This document shows, piece by piece, positions 1 through 8,294 of a stretch of DNA of 64,000 bases. The position numbers and the translations under genes were made by a program. Each line of letters begins with the position of its first letter. The first letter of the stretch is position 1. The notes under the pieces are model-generated. The model worked only from the letters and a program-made list of their open reading frames with translations. It ran no database searches and was not told the DNA's origin. The stretch is from positions 24,849 through 88,848 of the forward strand of contig JACPXZ010000029.1 in NCBI GenBank assembly GCA_016196225.1. The letters are read 5' to 3'. The stretch is from Candidatus Peregrinibacteria bacterium (GTDB lineage Bacteria > Patescibacteriota > Gracilibacteria > Peribacterales > Peribacteraceae).

Positions 1-782
1 TCCGCATCGTAGGCATGCTGAAATGCTTCAGAGATATTTTTGTGGGAGGCAACCCCGCAGGGTGTGGCATGTTTGATACACACGGCGGTTGGTTTTTGAA
101 CATCGCTCGCGAGTGACCACGCCGCATCGGCATCAATGATATTGCAATAGCTTAAGGGTTTTCCTTGGAGGAGATTCCATCCTTTCTTTTGATAAAACCA
201 TCCTTGCTGATGAGGATTTTCCCCATAGCGAAGTTCCGCCACAGTCGAGAGAACTCTCGCAATCTTGGCGTCGTATGATGCCGTGAGAGAGAACGCTTTT
301 GCCGCCAAAGTTTTGCGGGTTTGTAGGGAGGTATTTCCTTTTTTTTTAATTTCTTTGATAACATGCTGATAATCATCCGGGTCGGAGACAACCGTGACCG
401 CGTCGTAATTTTTGGCAGCGGCACGGAGCAAGGTTACACCGCCGATATCGATGTTCTCGATGGTGGGTTTTTCTGCGAATGGATAGAGATTGACGATGAC
501 AAGATCGATCGGAGGGATGGCGCGTTCATGTGCCTCCCTCTTATGTTTTGTACGATGAAACAGGATCCCGCCGAGGAGGCGGGGATGGAGGGTTTTGACG
601 CGTCCGCCAAAAAGCGCCGGTGTGCCTGTAAATGTTTCTACAGGAGTAAAGAGAATACGGTTTTTGCGCAGGATCTTCCCTGTACCGGTCGTGGCGATGA
701 TCGTATAGCCTGCCTTTGTTAATCCTCGTGCGACTGGAATAAACCCTGTAGCATCGGAGACAGAGACAAGGGCATATTTCAT
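1..782 (-). CDS. purH: Bifunctional AICAR transformylase/IMP cyclohydrolase PurH, N-terminal part (continues beyond position 1)
   Basis: I translated the minus strand by hand from the ATG at 782-780. It reads MKYALVSVSDATGFIPVARGLTKAGYTIIATTGTGKIL..GGRVKTLHPRLLGGIL..VIVNLYPF..IDIGGVTLLRAAAKNY..ELRYGENPHQ..KHATPCGVA, which are the PurH hallmark blocks. It is absent from the ORF track because it has no in-window stop. Confidence 0.9.
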   Translation of the reverse strand, partial: MKYALVSVSDATGFIPVARGLTKAGYTIIATTGTGKILRKNRILFTPVETFTGTPALFGGRVKTLHPRLLGGILFHRTKHKREAHERAIPPIDLVIVNLYPFAEKPTIENIDIGGVTLLRAAAKNYDAVTVVSDPDDYQHVIKEIKKKGNTSLQTRKTLAAKAFSLTASYDAKIARVLSTVAELRYGENPHQQGWFYQKKGWNLLQGKPLSYCNIIDADAAWSLASDVQKPTAVCIKHATPCGVASHKNISEAFQHAYDA

Positions 783-837
783 CACAAATAGAATAGCAGG
801 GATTACGCGGTTGGTGAGTATGGTATATTTTCTTCCT

Positions 838-1263
838 ATGGAACGCACAAATTTTTCACTCATCGAACTTCTGCTCGTTATTGGGATTATCGCGATCTTG
901 GTGTCGATTGTCATCGTCGCGATTAATCCGACAAAGCAAATGGGTTCTGCACGAGATGCGGAACGTCAGGCTCATCTTGATGAAATCCTAACGGCGGTAT
1001 ACCAGTATGCTGTGGATCATAATGGAGATTTCCCTCCAGAGCTTTTATCAGATGAGAAGGAGATTTGTGTCTATGACATGTCCTGTGATGGGGTTGTCCT
1101 TTCCTCCTTAAAAGAAAAATACCTGTCCGAAGTTGTACGGGATCCTTTGGCGGATCGTGATAACGGTGGAACAAATTACTTTATCTCTCTTGGAGATGAC
1201 CGACGGGTGACCGTGACTGCGCCCGGAGCGGAGAAGGATCCCCCGCTGCGGATGGTGCGTTAG
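838..1263 (+). CDS. Type IV pilin-like protein (prepilin-type N-terminal methylation domain)
   Basis: The sequence MERTN-FSLIELLLVIGIIAILVSIVIVAI is the class III signal peptide/hydrophobic helix with Glu at +5. ATG 838 lies in frame within ORF 811..1263. Confidence 0.8.
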   Translation: MERTNFSLIELLLVIGIIAILVSIVIVAINPTKQMGSARDAERQAHLDEILTAVYQYAVDHNGDFPPELLSDEKEICVYDMSCDGVVLSSLKEKYLSEVVRDPLADRDNGGTNYFISLGDDRRVTVTAPGAEKDPPLRMVR

Positions 1264-1270
1264 TTCATTT

Positions 1271-1295
1271 AAAAAATGGCCCTCTGAAGGGGCCA
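1271..1295. terminator. Bidirectional intrinsic terminator between the pilin gene and rnpB
   Basis: The hairpin is tGGCCC-tctgaag-GGGCCa (1277-1295). It is preceded by A6 on the + strand, which is a U6 tail for the minus-strand RNase P RNA. Confidence 0.6.
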
Positions 1296-1878
1296 CTTTG
1301 TCCTGCTCTTCTGTACTCCGGGTTCTGTGGTACCGTGTAGCGACGCGAAGCGTCTGCTACTGCGGTCCGATGGTCATCTATCTGGGGCACCGATTGCTCG
1401 TATGCCTCGACCCCGGTAGCAGACCGAAGGTCGCTACGGGGCACTGTGCGGAGGAGCGCGTGGATCCCCGGAACCAGGGATATTCCCACACACCCAAACC
1501 CTCCTTGCATCACCATGAGTTTACCAGCCTCCGCCAAGGCTACGGCCGGCAAGCCGATCGTAGTTTGGTAGCAGATGCCCTCGGTTCCCGAGGCGTTTCA
1601 TTCCCATACTTGGTCATCCGATGTGGACGATGGAGTGGTACGGGCTTCGTCTCTGTGGCACTGGTCCTACTGCACGTTTACCTGATATATCGTACAGCGA
1701 CGGGTGTTACCCGCATGGCGTTCCGATGATGCCCGGATGTTCCTCCCACCTGCGCTCCTCACTTCGTTCGGAGCTTCAGTGGGCAGGCCCTCGGTTTATA
1801 GTACGGGGCTTGCCCGCCGTAGCTCTTTGCGAAGCAAAGAGCGAAGGTGGGCGACCATCCAAAGAGCAGGATCTGTAT
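1296..1878 (-). ncRNA. rnpB: RNase P RNA, bacterial type A, unusually long (about 580 nt; ends approximate)
   Basis: The minus strand carries the conserved blocks in order: GGGAGGAACAUCCGGGC, CAGUGCCACAGAGACGAAGCC, GGUAAACUCAUGGUGAUGCAAGG, CCCAGAUAGAUGACCAUCGGAC and ACAGAACCCGGAGUAC. A P1 pairing is possible between 1859-1873 and 1300-1312, and a terminator follows directly. Confidence 0.85.
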
Positions 1879-1952
1879 TATTGGCTTTACGGAAGGAAGA
1901 ATCAAGTTTTAATGGCCTGCCAGCCGTAGCTCCTCTACAGAGGAGCGAAGGC

Positions 1953-2028
1953 TGGAGCCGCTGGCCGGACTCGAACCGGCGACCTGCTCATTACAAGTGA
2001 GCTGCTCTACCAACTGAGCTACAGCGGC
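1953..2028 (-). tRNA. tRNA-Thr (anticodon UGU), CCA encoded
   Basis: A manual cloverleaf fits: GCCGCUG-UA-GCUC-AGUUGGUA-GAGC-A-GCUCA-CUUGUAA-UGAGC-AGGUC-GCCGG-UUCGAGU-CCGGC-CAGCGGC-U-CCA (76 nt). Confidence 0.95.
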
Positions 2029-2062
2029 CTAAACAGAAGTATATCGTAGTACACTATTGCCA

Positions 2063-3457
2063 ATGAAAAAGTCCGAGATCCTTTTCGGTCTCCTCAAGAT
2101 CCCAACGGATGCGCTGGCGGTCTTTGTTGCATTGATCTTGAGTTATAACTTACGTTTGGAGCAGATTGATTTAATCCCGGGATTACAATTACTGGAGCCG
2201 GCGCAGACCCTTCCCGATCCGATGATGTATATAACGACATTCGTTGTTCCCGGTGTTTGTTTATTTGTGATCGCCGCCGCTTTACTACATTTGTATGGAC
2301 TCCGGGTAACGGGGAGTGTCTGGAGGGAGATCGAGAGCATCATCGTAAGCGCGTTTGTATGGGTTGTTTGGGTGATGGCATGGTACTTCCTGGTCCGCAA
2401 AGAACTCTTTTATTCACGTATTCTTCTCGTGCATTCGGTTTTTTTGATTGTTGTGTTTGTCACGGTGATGCGGTTGTCACTGGTTTTTCTTCAGCGGGAA
2501 CTTCTGCGGATGGGAGTGGGCGTACGCACCGTCTTGTCCGTCGGGAATATGGCCCTGTCGCACCAGGCACGTCGTGTTTTGGAGGGAGATATTCGGTATC
2601 GGTATCTCGGTCATTATCACGATTTGCAGGAGGTGCGCAAATATCAGCATCGTTCTACTGTTGATCTTATGGTGCAGACCGATCCCAATCCGGATAGTTC
2701 TGGGACGCGGGATCTTGTAAACTTTTGCCGTAATAACCACATTGGATATGCGTTTCTTCCGCCGATCTTTGCCGACGCTCCGCATCAACTGCGGATCGAG
2801 CGTCTGGGGCTTGTTCCGATGCTGCGTTTTCAGCCCACTCCATTGGATGGGTGGGGGCGTGTGTGGAAGAGGCTATTTGATATGATCGGGAGCGGTGTTC
2901 TTTTGATAGTTTTGTTTCCGCTAGTCATCTTGATTGCGTGCGGCATTGTGATCGATAGCGGGTGGCCGGTTTTCTATACAAGTGTGCGGATTGGTGAACA
3001 AGGGAAGCGCAAGATTCCGGTTTTGAAATTTCGCACAATGATTCAGGGTGCAGATAAAATGAAGGCGGGGTTGCAGGATCAAAACCATCGTTTTAGTGGA
3101 CCTCTGTTTAAAATACACCGCGATCCGCGTGTAACATCGTTTGGCAAAATTCTTCGAAGGTGGTCTCTCGATGAGCTACCTCAACTTTTGAATGTTCTGT
3201 ATGGGGAGATGTCACTTGTGGGTCCACGGCCGCATCTTCCCGGTGAGGTGAAACAGTACCAACCTCAAGAACATAGAGTATTTGCAATCAAGCCCGGCAT
3301 TACGGGTTTTGCTCAAGTGATGGGGCGGAGTGATCTCACGTTCGAGGATGAAGTGCGTCTGGATCTTCAGTATATCGAAGAATGGTCCCCTCTCTTTGAT
3401 TGCTGGATATTGGCACGAACTCTCATCGTCGTATTGGGGAGAAGAGGAGCAGACTGA
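2063..3457 (+). CDS. Polyprenyl-phosphate sugar phosphotransferase (WbaP/bacterial sugar transferase family)
   Basis: The N-terminus is multi-TM. The C-terminus has KRLFDMIGSGVLLIVLFPLVIL..PVFYTSVRIGEQGK..KFRTM..PLFKIHRDPRVTSFGKILRRWSLDELPQLLNVLYGEMSLVGPRP..KPGITGFAQV. ATG 2063 is in frame with the TTG at 2057. Confidence 0.88.
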   Translation: MKKSEILFGLLKIPTDALAVFVALILSYNLRLEQIDLIPGLQLLEPAQTLPDPMMYITTFVVPGVCLFVIAAALLHLYGLRVTGSVWREIESIIVSAFVWVVWVMAWYFLVRKELFYSRILLVHSVFLIVVFVTVMRLSLVFLQRELLRMGVGVRTVLSVGNMALSHQARRVLEGDIRYRYLGHYHDLQEVRKYQHRSTVDLMVQTDPNPDSSGTRDLVNFCRNNHIGYAFLPPIFADAPHQLRIERLGLVPMLRFQPTPLDGWGRVWKRLFDMIGSGVLLIVLFPLVILIACGIVIDSGWPVFYTSVRIGEQGKRKIPVLKFRTMIQGADKMKAGLQDQNHRFSGPLFKIHRDPRVTSFGKILRRWSLDELPQLLNVLYGEMSLVGPRPHLPGEVKQYQPQEHRVFAIKPGITGFAQVMGRSDLTFEDEVRLDLQYIEEWSPLFDCWILARTLIVVLGRRGAD

Positions 3458-3508
3458 TTCGGGTTTTAGATATTGTGGTGTAGTAAGTCTCCGTGTACGC
3501 TGCCACCC

Positions 3509-3856
3509 ATGAAAAAAAAGAGGTCATCATCGCACGGATGGGAGAAGGGCGTTGTTGTTTTTTTGATTATTGTTCTGCTCATCGTGTTTCGGCAATCCTT
3601 GTCACGATCGTCCCTTCAATTGAACGATGTCGCTCCACCTGTTTGCGAAGGGTTGCCGCTGCCGGTGTCGTACCCGTATGCGGGAGGGTTCCTTGAGCCG
3701 CACGCGTGCGCGATCCAGTGTCAGGATCATCAACAACGGTATATTGTGTACAGTAATGGGTTTTCCACGCAGTGTGAAAAACTTCCGGGGTGCCGGGATT
3801 TGGGGGAGGATCGGGGGGTGATTTGTTTGCTGGCAGAAAGTTCTCTCTCCCGTTGA
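3509..3856 (+). CDS. Hypothetical membrane-anchored Cys-rich protein
   Basis: It starts MKKKRSSSHGWEKGVVVFLIIVLLIVF (N-terminal TM), followed by a domain with six Cys. I recognise no family. Confidence 0.5.
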   Translation: MKKKRSSSHGWEKGVVVFLIIVLLIVFRQSLSRSSLQLNDVAPPVCEGLPLPVSYPYAGGFLEPHACAIQCQDHQQRYIVYSNGFSTQCEKLPGCRDLGEDRGVICLLAESSLSR

Positions 3857-3880
3857 AGGGAGAGAGGGGAGAAATTTTTT
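3842..3880 (+). terminator. Putative intrinsic terminator
   Basis: The stem is tctctctccc / gggagagag(g) with loop gttgaa, which contains the stop codon. A T6 run lies at 3875-3880. Confidence 0.45.
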
Positions 3881-6158
3881 AGAACAACTCCATCTGGTTC
3901 TTTTTGTCAGACGAAGAAGGGATGAGGGACTGCAAATATTTTTTTACTTCTTTCCCATATTTTTTGGTTTCAAGACGTTCATCGGTCACCGTGATGATGC
4001 TTTCCGGTCTGGCAAACTGACAGAAGGTTCGGATAATCCGGAACAGTCTTTGTTCCAGTCGCGGAAGAGCATAATCGAGAAAAGGATTCTTATAATGGAG
4101 TGAGCGTCGTGCAATCGTGGGGTAGAGCGGACTATCAAACGGAAGAGTGGTGATCACGAGATGGTCGAGGGAGTCCGGAGGGAGCTCCAGTCCCTCGAAG
4201 ATCCATGGAGTGATGAGGAGAAGAGCAGGAGGACGACAAGCAGCGAATTCTGACTGGAAGCGCCCTTGTCCGCCACTGAATCCCTGGCAAAAAAGTGTGA
4301 CGCCTTTTTCTTCGAGAGATTCGGCATGAGTAATAAATACTTGTTCGATGGCATGTTTTCCGGGCATGAGAATGATTGTTTTCCCCTTGGGCGGGTTGGT
4401 AAGCGTGTGTTCAAGAGTATCCGGAGATGAAAATGAAAGAGTGCATGACTGGAGCAGAGATTCTGCCCGATGGATGCGAGAAGATGTTTGTGGGGGAAGA
4501 ACTTCTCGGAGGGGTCCGGCGCTTTCTGGAGGAATGAAAAGAGTGGTGGCAAACTTTTCATATAATGAAGAGCGGAGAATCTTATCAATGCATTCGGGAA
4601 CGGAGTGAATGATTTGTCCCCCATCCTGTCGACATTCGATCCATTCAATTCGCTGTGGCAGACCTTCTATCTCAAGGAAGTGGTGGAGATTTTTGAGTGT
4701 GGATGATAGTTGAGGAGAGAGGGTTTTTTTAATGAGGTGTAACAACTGTTCCACAAGACCATGAACATCGGGAGTGGTAAGGTTTTTTTGTGTAATAATG
4801 AATGTATCCTTCATGGCACGCGTTTTCTCGATCCAGAGTTGTAGGAGATCAGTAAACTGGATAAGGGTTGCATCTCCTATGGCAGCGGCGCGGAGATCAT
4901 CGAGGTTCAGCGACCAGCCGTATGCTTTGGTCGCCGTCTCTTCCAGTACGGATGCATCATCAATAATGATATGTGTTTTTTCATTCAAGGCATTATGTGC
5001 GGCATGCGCCGGATCGGCGAGGAACGCGAGGAGTTGACGATGATCAATGATCAATGTGTGGGGAAGTTCCGTGAACTGTTGAATATAGGGCAAAGAAGTA
5101 TCCGTACAGGCGGTTTTTCCGTTCCAGACGAATCGTTCATTGCCATGGATGGGCAAATCAGCGCGAGAACGGGGTTCGTACCATGCAAGTTTGATCGCAA
5201 GTGTTGTCTCATCAGCAGTAAAAGACTCCTGGTGAGCAAAATCTCCGGCAATACGTGTATCGGGTAGAAGGAACGGGGGCCAGAGAATACGAGCGTGTTT
5301 CGGGATATGAAGAGTACGGACGGTGCGTTCGAGGTTTTTTACAGCAATCCAGTGGATGGTATCCGGATCTTCGCTGCACGCGTTGATGACTCCCTGCAAG
5401 AATCCCGGTTCAAGAGGTTCCTCAACCAAATCGACAACTCCCCTCTCGGGTTTTTGTAATTTGTAATTTGCCGAAGGCCCTGCCGCAGGCCCTGAGCCCG
5501 TCGAACGGGAGCTTGCCGAATGGGGAATTTTTAACCAAGCCGGTTGTTTTTTTTTGGTCGAAACTGGAATAGAAGAAAAGAATAGTTTATATGCCGGTGC
5601 GCTTCTTTTCCCAGTATTTCTTGCAATACCGAGCAGTTCCTCCGGTACTTCCTGTAAACGTTTCCAGCATCGCTCGATAAGTTCGAGTGTTGCATGAACA
5701 TCGCCGAGCGCTCGGTGCACCGGTTCGTGATGAAGCCCCAGAAGAGTACTGACATAGCCGAGGGAGTAGCTATCGAGTTCAGGGAAAACAAGAGACGAAA
5801 TCATGGAGGTATCGATCCATGGACGATCGGAGATATCAAGGCCTGCGCCTTTGAGCATGGCAATATCGAAGCCGACATTTTGTCCCATGATGAGCGTATC
5901 GGTTCCGATATGTGAGAGTATCGTCTCTCTCTTGTCGAGAAATGTGGGCTGACCAGTAAGATCGTTCTGGTGAATACGAGTGAGGGCTTTGGTCACTGCA
6001 GGAAGTTCTTCGGCAATGGAAAAAAGCTGAGTATATTCGTCCACAATCTTCCCGTTCTCTATGCGTACGCTGGCAAATTCGATAACCGTATGTACACGGG
6101 GAATGAGCCCGGTGGTCTCGGTATCAAGAACGGTGAAGGGAAAGGTGGGGAGGTTCAT
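3879..6158 (-). CDS. dinG: DinG-like protein: DEDDh 3'-5' exonuclease domain fused to a degenerate DinG/Rad3-type helicase-like domain
   Basis: Exonuclease motifs are present: VLDTETTGL, GQNVGFDIAML, HRALGDVHAT. The C-terminus has helicase_C_2-like blocks (GKTIILMPG.., LLLITPWIFEGLELP, LVITTLPFDSP). I found no canonical Walker A, and the DEAH box reads IIDDAS. Confidence 0.8.
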   Translation of the reverse strand: MNLPTFPFTVLDTETTGLIPRVHTVIEFASVRIENGKIVDEYTQLFSIAEELPAVTKALTRIHQNDLTGQPTFLDKRETILSHIGTDTLIMGQNVGFDIAMLKGAGLDISDRPWIDTSMISSLVFPELDSYSLGYVSTLLGLHHEPVHRALGDVHATLELIERCWKRLQEVPEELLGIARNTGKRSAPAYKLFFSSIPVSTKKKQPAWLKIPHSASSRSTGSGPAAGPSANYKLQKPERGVVDLVEEPLEPGFLQGVINACSEDPDTIHWIAVKNLERTVRTLHIPKHARILWPPFLLPDTRIAGDFAHQESFTADETTLAIKLAWYEPRSRADLPIHGNERFVWNGKTACTDTSLPYIQQFTELPHTLIIDHRQLLAFLADPAHAAHNALNEKTHIIIDDASVLEETATKAYGWSLNLDDLRAAAIGDATLIQFTDLLQLWIEKTRAMKDTFIITQKNLTTPDVHGLVEQLLHLIKKTLSPQLSSTLKNLHHFLEIEGLPQRIEWIECRQDGGQIIHSVPECIDKILRSSLYEKFATTLFIPPESAGPLREVLPPQTSSRIHRAESLLQSCTLSFSSPDTLEHTLTNPPKGKTIILMPGKHAIEQVFITHAESLEEKGVTLFCQGFSGGQGRFQSEFAACRPPALLLITPWIFEGLELPPDSLDHLVITTLPFDSPLYPTIARRSLHYKNPFLDYALPRLEQRLFRIIRTFCQFARPESIITVTDERLETKKYGKEVKKYLQSLIPSSSDKKNQMELF

Positions 6159-7387
6159 TCGGACGTCGCAGGCACGGAGTCCTCCACGGATTTCTTCTTG
6201 GTCCGCTTTTTTGGAGGCTCTGGGGCCGCTGGGGGCTGCTGCTCTATCGAAGAATGTTCTTCCGAAGGCGCACTGTTGGTCGCTTCTCCGCGGAGTTCTG
6301 CCAGTTTTGTTTTGAAAACAGGGAGCTCATCGTAGTTGTACATATCCAGTTCAAAACCAGTCAGGTCCGTTGCAAGACGGATATTTTGGCCCTTTTTACC
6401 GATTGCCATGGGTCGTTGGGCTTCTTCGACAAATACCGCCGCACGTTTTTTGATCCGCCGGTTTTCTTCATCGAAGTATTCATGATCGTTCACGATGATC
6501 ACGGCCGAAACGGAAGCGGGTTGCAAAGCGGTAGAGATAAGTTTGATGGGATCATCCGACCATTCGATCATATCGACACGTTCTCCGTTGATCTCTTCCA
6601 TGACGGCTTGGATACGGACGCCTTTTTGTCCGACACATGCACCAATGGGATCAATACGCGGGTCACGGCTGCGAACCGCGACTTTGCTCCGAAAACCCGA
6701 GTCTCGTGAAATAGCCATGATTTCGACATCCCCGTTGCGGACTTCGGGGATTTCGAGTTCCAGGAGTTTACGGACAAGATTGGGGTGCGTTCGAGAAATC
6801 CGGAGTTGCGGCCCTTTGCCGGTGCGTTCCACACGATCAAGGTATACGCGGATCCGTTTGCCGGTGTAGTAGTGTTCGCCGGGGATTTGTTCTCTCCAGG
6901 GGAGGGAGACCGTCATCCCTTCGATCTCGAGGGTCACCCAGTTTGGGTCGGCCTTGGTCACCGTCGCCGTAAGGAGTTCGTTTTCCCGATCTTTGAACAT
7001 GTCGTACAAACTTTCTTTTTCGGCTTCCTGGAGTTTTTGGAGGATGACCTGTTTGGCCGCTTGGGCTGCGATACGACCGTAGCCCTCGGGCGTGACATCG
7101 ATTTCGATTTCGTCGCCCACATCGGCATCCGGTTTCACTTTTTTGGCGTCCTTGAGTGCGATCTCAAAATTTTCATTGGTGATCTCTTCGACCACTTCCT
7201 TGACGACGAGAATCGTCGGCATGTCTTTGCCTTCTTCCAATCTTACCCGTATTTCCTGCTCTTTATTGCCGTAATCTTTGCGGTAGGCAGTGGCAATTGC
7301 CTGCTGGACCGCTTCGAGGACTTGCTCCGGGCTGACGTTCTTCTCGGAACAGATTTGATTAATCGCTGCGACAAAGGATGCTTTCAT
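6155..7387 (-). CDS. nusA: Transcription termination/antitermination factor NusA
   Basis: The N-terminal domain, S1 and KH-KH blocks are present (IGACVGQKGVRIQAVMEE.., AIGKKGQNIRLA). It has a Lys/Pro-rich C-terminal tail. Its stop overlaps the dinG start by 4 nt. Confidence 0.93.
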   Translation of the reverse strand: MKASFVAAINQICSEKNVSPEQVLEAVQQAIATAYRKDYGNKEQEIRVRLEEGKDMPTILVVKEVVEEITNENFEIALKDAKKVKPDADVGDEIEIDVTPEGYGRIAAQAAKQVILQKLQEAEKESLYDMFKDRENELLTATVTKADPNWVTLEIEGMTVSLPWREQIPGEHYYTGKRIRVYLDRVERTGKGPQLRISRTHPNLVRKLLELEIPEVRNGDVEIMAISRDSGFRSKVAVRSRDPRIDPIGACVGQKGVRIQAVMEEINGERVDMIEWSDDPIKLISTALQPASVSAVIIVNDHEYFDEENRRIKKRAAVFVEEAQRPMAIGKKGQNIRLATDLTGFELDMYNYDELPVFKTKLAELRGEATNSAPSEEHSSIEQQPPAAPEPPKKRTKKKSVEDSVPATSE

Positions 7388-7545
7388 AGTTGATAATGGT
7401 TATGAAAAACACACCGTTTCTCATTAAGAGAACAGTGAAAATCCAGCCGAAGTATAGATGATTTTCCTTGATATACAAGGAGAAGTGGTTAAGCTCTTGG
7501 CGAGATTTGCCAATGGTCAGTTCTTTCACAAAGGAAGGTGTTTTT

Positions 7546-8244
7546 ATGTTACGCACCAAGACAGTTGTTCTGACTCTTTTCGTCGTCGCTTTGTGGTCGG
7601 GCGTTACCTACGGGGAGGAGGCCAAAAAGGACCCCGTTCTCATTTCGGTGACGAGTGAGAGTACATCGTCGGTAGCACCGGACTGCGCAGAGATTCACGT
7701 TGGGGTTTCTCTTAAGAAGGCGACCCCCTCCGATGCGCTTCGGTCTCTCATGACGGATATGGAGCGCACCGTGGCTGCTCTCAAAAAGAGCAACATTGAC
7801 GAGAAGGATATTCGGACCGATGCTATTTCTCTCCGCGAGAACGTTATCTACAAGGGGAATGAGTCAGTGCCCGATGGATACGCTGCGGCGCAGTCCCTGC
7901 GCGTCACAATCCGGGATCGGAGTGCGGTGGCGAGTACCTTGCAGGTCGCCGTCGACAATGGCGCCAACCGTTTTTACGGTTTGGTATGGCATGTCGATGC
8001 TGCCAAACAGGAAGAATGGCGGGAAAAAGCGTTGCCCGATGCTATCGCGAAAGCCAAGGAAAGGGCGAAAGTCCTTGCCAGGCTCCTCGGGAAGGAACTC
8101 GGGGATCTCCGCGCCTTCTCGGAACGTGCGAGTGCTCCACAGCAGCAGCGGGAGTACGCACGTGCAGCAAACAGTGCCGATGCTGTTCCTGTGGGTGAGC
8201 AGGAACTCAAGGTCACCGTTACCCTGACGTACGAACTGAAGTGA
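7546..8244 (+). CDS. SIMPL/DUF541 (BP26-like) secreted protein
   Basis: It has a signal peptide (MLRTKTVVLTLFVVALWSGVTYG). The SIMPL-like pattern is VAPDCAEIHVGV..DIRTDAISL..GYAAAQSLRVTIRD..ALPDAIAKAKERAKVLA. The SD aaggaagg lies upstream of ATG 7546. Confidence 0.7.
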   Translation: MLRTKTVVLTLFVVALWSGVTYGEEAKKDPVLISVTSESTSSVAPDCAEIHVGVSLKKATPSDALRSLMTDMERTVAALKKSNIDEKDIRTDAISLRENVIYKGNESVPDGYAAAQSLRVTIRDRSAVASTLQVAVDNGANRFYGLVWHVDAAKQEEWREKALPDAIAKAKERAKVLARLLGKELGDLRAFSERASAPQQQREYARAANSADAVPVGEQELKVTVTLTYELK

Positions 8245-8266
8245 TGTGATTCCCGGCAAATCTCAT

Positions 8267-8294
8267 GCCCGCTCTTGTAGAGCGGGCTATTTTG
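8267..8294 (+). terminator. Intrinsic terminator after the SIMPL gene
   Basis: The hairpin is gcccgctc-ttgta-gagcgggc followed by tatttt. Confidence 0.6.

Noticed and set aside
1298-2000. Several 95-143-aa ORFs on both strands between the pilin gene and the sugar transferase.
   Set aside because: This region is RNase P RNA, a hairpin repeat and tRNA-Thr. The ORFs are artefacts of GC-rich structured RNA genes.
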